Positions 62,144 to 64,000 of a stretch of DNA of 64,000 nt are shown piece by piece. Where the stretch lies: positions 32,001 through 96,000 of IMG/VR virus record IMGVR_UViG_3300049846_000568. One strand, given 5' to 3'. Source of the stretch: a virus. The notes under the pieces are model-generated. The model saw nothing but the letters and a program-made list of their open reading frames with translations. It ran no database searches and was not told the origin of the DNA. Numbering within the stretch: the stretch's first letter is position 1; each line of letters starts with the position of its first letter. The translations under genes were made by a program, and so were the position numbers.

Positions 62144-63999
62144 TATTTCGGTCCAAGGATTGCGCCTCTATCGAGATCGTTTAGAGTTAACTTTGTGGTG
62201 TCGACATCTGCGTAGCCGGCCATAATCATCTGCCAGTTAGCGGTGTATGGCAGGCCGTTGTCGAGATATCCATCCCAAGCTGCAGCCGGAACTGGAGATG
62301 GCTTCCAGCCACCATTACCGTCTGGTATACGCCCCGCCTGAGCCATCAGAACTTCTTCCCTTGATACGTCGGGGGCATCGGGGGCGTTGTGGAATACCAC
62401 GGCCAGCTCACGACCCCAGTGCTCTTGCGGCCTCGACTTCAGTTGGCGCACCACCACAACAGTACCCACCGGTATGATAGACTCCAGGTATTCTTTGGCT
62501 CTAAGGCCAATGTCGTCTTCTGGGACATATTCTGGGTTCTGGTGATTCGCAAGCTCGGGGGCTCGAACACCAGAAAGACGGAAGCTCAATTCGACATTTG
62601 CCCCATTGGCGGCTAGATCGCCACCAACAACAATGCCGTTAAGGGTATCGCCGTCTTCTACCTTTGTTACACGCATAAGAGAAACAATATACTGCTCATC
62701 AAGCATTGGGCCGTCAGGGGATAGACCTGCGATATCTAGGATATGACCCTGAGTTTGTGCAACCCACCAACTCGTCTGCTTATATGCTAGAGCAGTATCT
62801 ACCTCATTCCAGCCTAGATTGCTTAGCAGTTCATTAACCGTAATGCGGCCGTCAGTATCGACGCGAATACCTAAGATGTTGGGGAGCAGCTCTATTGTAT
62901 GGAAGCGACCAACCGCAACACCTTGAGCATATGATAGTCCGGCGTCCATGGGCTGACCATCCTTTGTAAGGTACTGGATATAGCAGCCGTGTTGATCTAG
63001 GAGGTTGTCCTTTACCCAGCTCCAAATATCCCAACCAAGATCCTTGAGAAGTCCAATACCAGGAATATTGCCAGCCTGTAAAGCTAGAAGATCCGTATTG
63101 TTCGGATTACCACCCTGAGGCCCGAGGGGCAATCCACCCTTCTGCTGATCCGCTGCTTCGCCCTGGCTCTTAACTTCTTCAAGAAGCTTCATACGATCTG
63201 CTTCTGTCTGATATAGACCTGTCGCCTTTGCCGCAACGAAATCCTTAACAATTGCATTTGCGCCACCATCATACACGGTGTGCCCAATCATTGGGACCGA
63301 GAGCATTTGTGCAAGGTCTGCTGTTGTGATCCAATCACGAGTTCTAAGGATGCTTGTATCGTCTGCAAAAACGCCCATGTGGTGCCGTGTATCGTCGCGA
63401 ATGTTCTTCGCACCAAACAATGCCGTAATCCACTTCGTAAACGTCCATCGAGCTGGGTCGTTGATTGTAACAAGCGCATTTGGTGTGATGGCGGTTATGA
63501 ATCCCTCTTCCGGAGTGAAGTGGTGTGTAACAGCCTCAACCTCAACAAGACCATACATGCGCTCGTAAACGTCTGCGATATAAACCAAGTCGTGAGCCCT
63601 AATGTCTGGATCTCCCAGCACGAAGATCTCACCCTGGTAGATATCTTTCAGGCTCTCCTTCAAATGCCACAACGCAATACGCTTAGACAGTAGCTCATCT
63701 GAAGATCCTTGAGCTGCCTTACTATAGCCTCTCAGCGTTTCGATTGGATTCATTAGTGGGTGAAGGAACGAAAAGAAGCCCTCACCATTTGCGTTATCCC
63801 AATAGATACCAGTCTCAACGGCCTTCTCGTTCTGAAGGTTAGACTGAATACCCTTGTCAAAGTACACGGTTACTGGATACTTACCATCAGAACTTGCCGT
63901 AACGACTGTAGATACACCATTTAGATTTTCCTGAATACCGTTGCCAAGGATGTGTTGGAATGAATCGATATAATGCAGCCTCTGGAACGGTTCGCGAAT
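62143..63999 (-). CDS. large tail/baseplate hub-like protein, 5'-truncated by window edge, with C-terminal thermonuclease-like domain
   Basis: Frame open from 63999 (IREPFQRLHY...); YQGEIFVLGDPDIRAHDLVYI..MYG.VEV.AVTHHF hub motif; VEDGDT, RLSGVRAPE, WGRELA, MAGYA. Confidence 0.8.
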   Translation of the reverse strand: MREPFQRLHYIDSFQHILGNGIQENLNGVSTVVTASSDGKYPVTVYFDKGIQSNLQNEKAVETGIYWDNANGEGFFSFLHPLMNPIETLRGYSKAAQGSSDELLSKRIALWHLKESLKDIYQGEIFVLGDPDIRAHDLVYIADVYERMYGLVEVEAVTHHFTPEEGFITAITPNALVTINDPARWTFTKWITALFGAKNIRDDTRHHMGVFADDTSILRTRDWITTADLAQMLSVPMIGHTVYDGGANAIVKDFVAAKATGLYQTEADRMKLLEEVKSQGEAADQQKGGLPLGPQGGNPNNTDLLALQAGNIPGIGLLKDLGWDIWSWVKDNLLDQHGCYIQYLTKDGQPMDAGLSYAQGVAVGRFHTIELLPNILGIRVDTDGRITVNELLSNLGWNEVDTALAYKQTSWWVAQTQGHILDIAGLSPDGPMLDEQYIVSLMRVTKVEDGDTLNGIVVGGDLAANGANVELSFRLSGVRAPELANHQNPEYVPEDDIGLRAKEYLESIIPVGTVVVVRQLKSRPQEHWGRELAVVFHNAPDAPDVSREEVLMAQAGRIPDGNGGWKPSPVPAAAWDGYLDNGLPYTANWQMIMAGYADVDTTKLTLNDLDRGAILGPK

Positions 64000-64000
64000 C

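Noticed and set aside
1-64000. tRNA, rRNA, CRISPR array, integrase/transposase, genome-wide stop-codon reassignment, and the many short antisense ORFs in the track
   Set aside because: None recognisable by eye; long genes are intact under the standard code and end in all three stops; antisense ORFs lie inside well-supported genes

Overview
Densely coded segment (GC roughly 50% by eye) of a large contractile-tailed dsDNA phage. The host is probably actinobacterial, inferred from the amidase endolysin style, the NGGSSMRDAV membrane protein and leaderless TGnTANNNT promoters. Layout: (1) 1-3.9 kb, plus-strand small accessory genes and a nucleotidyltransferase; (2) 4-10 kb, endolysin, alpha/beta hydrolase, dNMP kinase, TM-PAS protein, phage sigma factor and divergent promoters; (3) 10-33 kb, a long minus-strand replication and nucleotide operon (DnaE, AEP primase with a PriL-like Cys domain, DnaB-like helicase, RecB/Cas4-like nucleases, dCMP deaminase, ThyX, class II RNR) containing a glycan-building cluster (GT17, three GT2, two or three SAM methyltransferases, RmlD-like reductase, MazG); (4) 33.5-64 kb, minus-strand holin-like, tail fibre and baseplate genes, with a hub-like gene running off the right edge. 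Strongest unexplained signals: 17 dispersed Ala-Thr-Pro tripeptides in one 1678-aa baseplate/tail protein (candidate sequon for a phage-encoded virion glycosylation system); a canonical -1 slippery heptamer directly before the stop of a small 'RPF'-ending gene, opening a 71-aa Thr/Ser-rich extension; two tandem baseplate genes with a shared 104-aa N-terminal domain carrying different muralytic enzymes; a thermonuclease-like domain on the hub protein; a PAS domain on a lysis-type membrane protein; and a hydrolase gene bracketed by 21-bp direct repeats. All functional calls come from motif recognition by eye; no database search was run.
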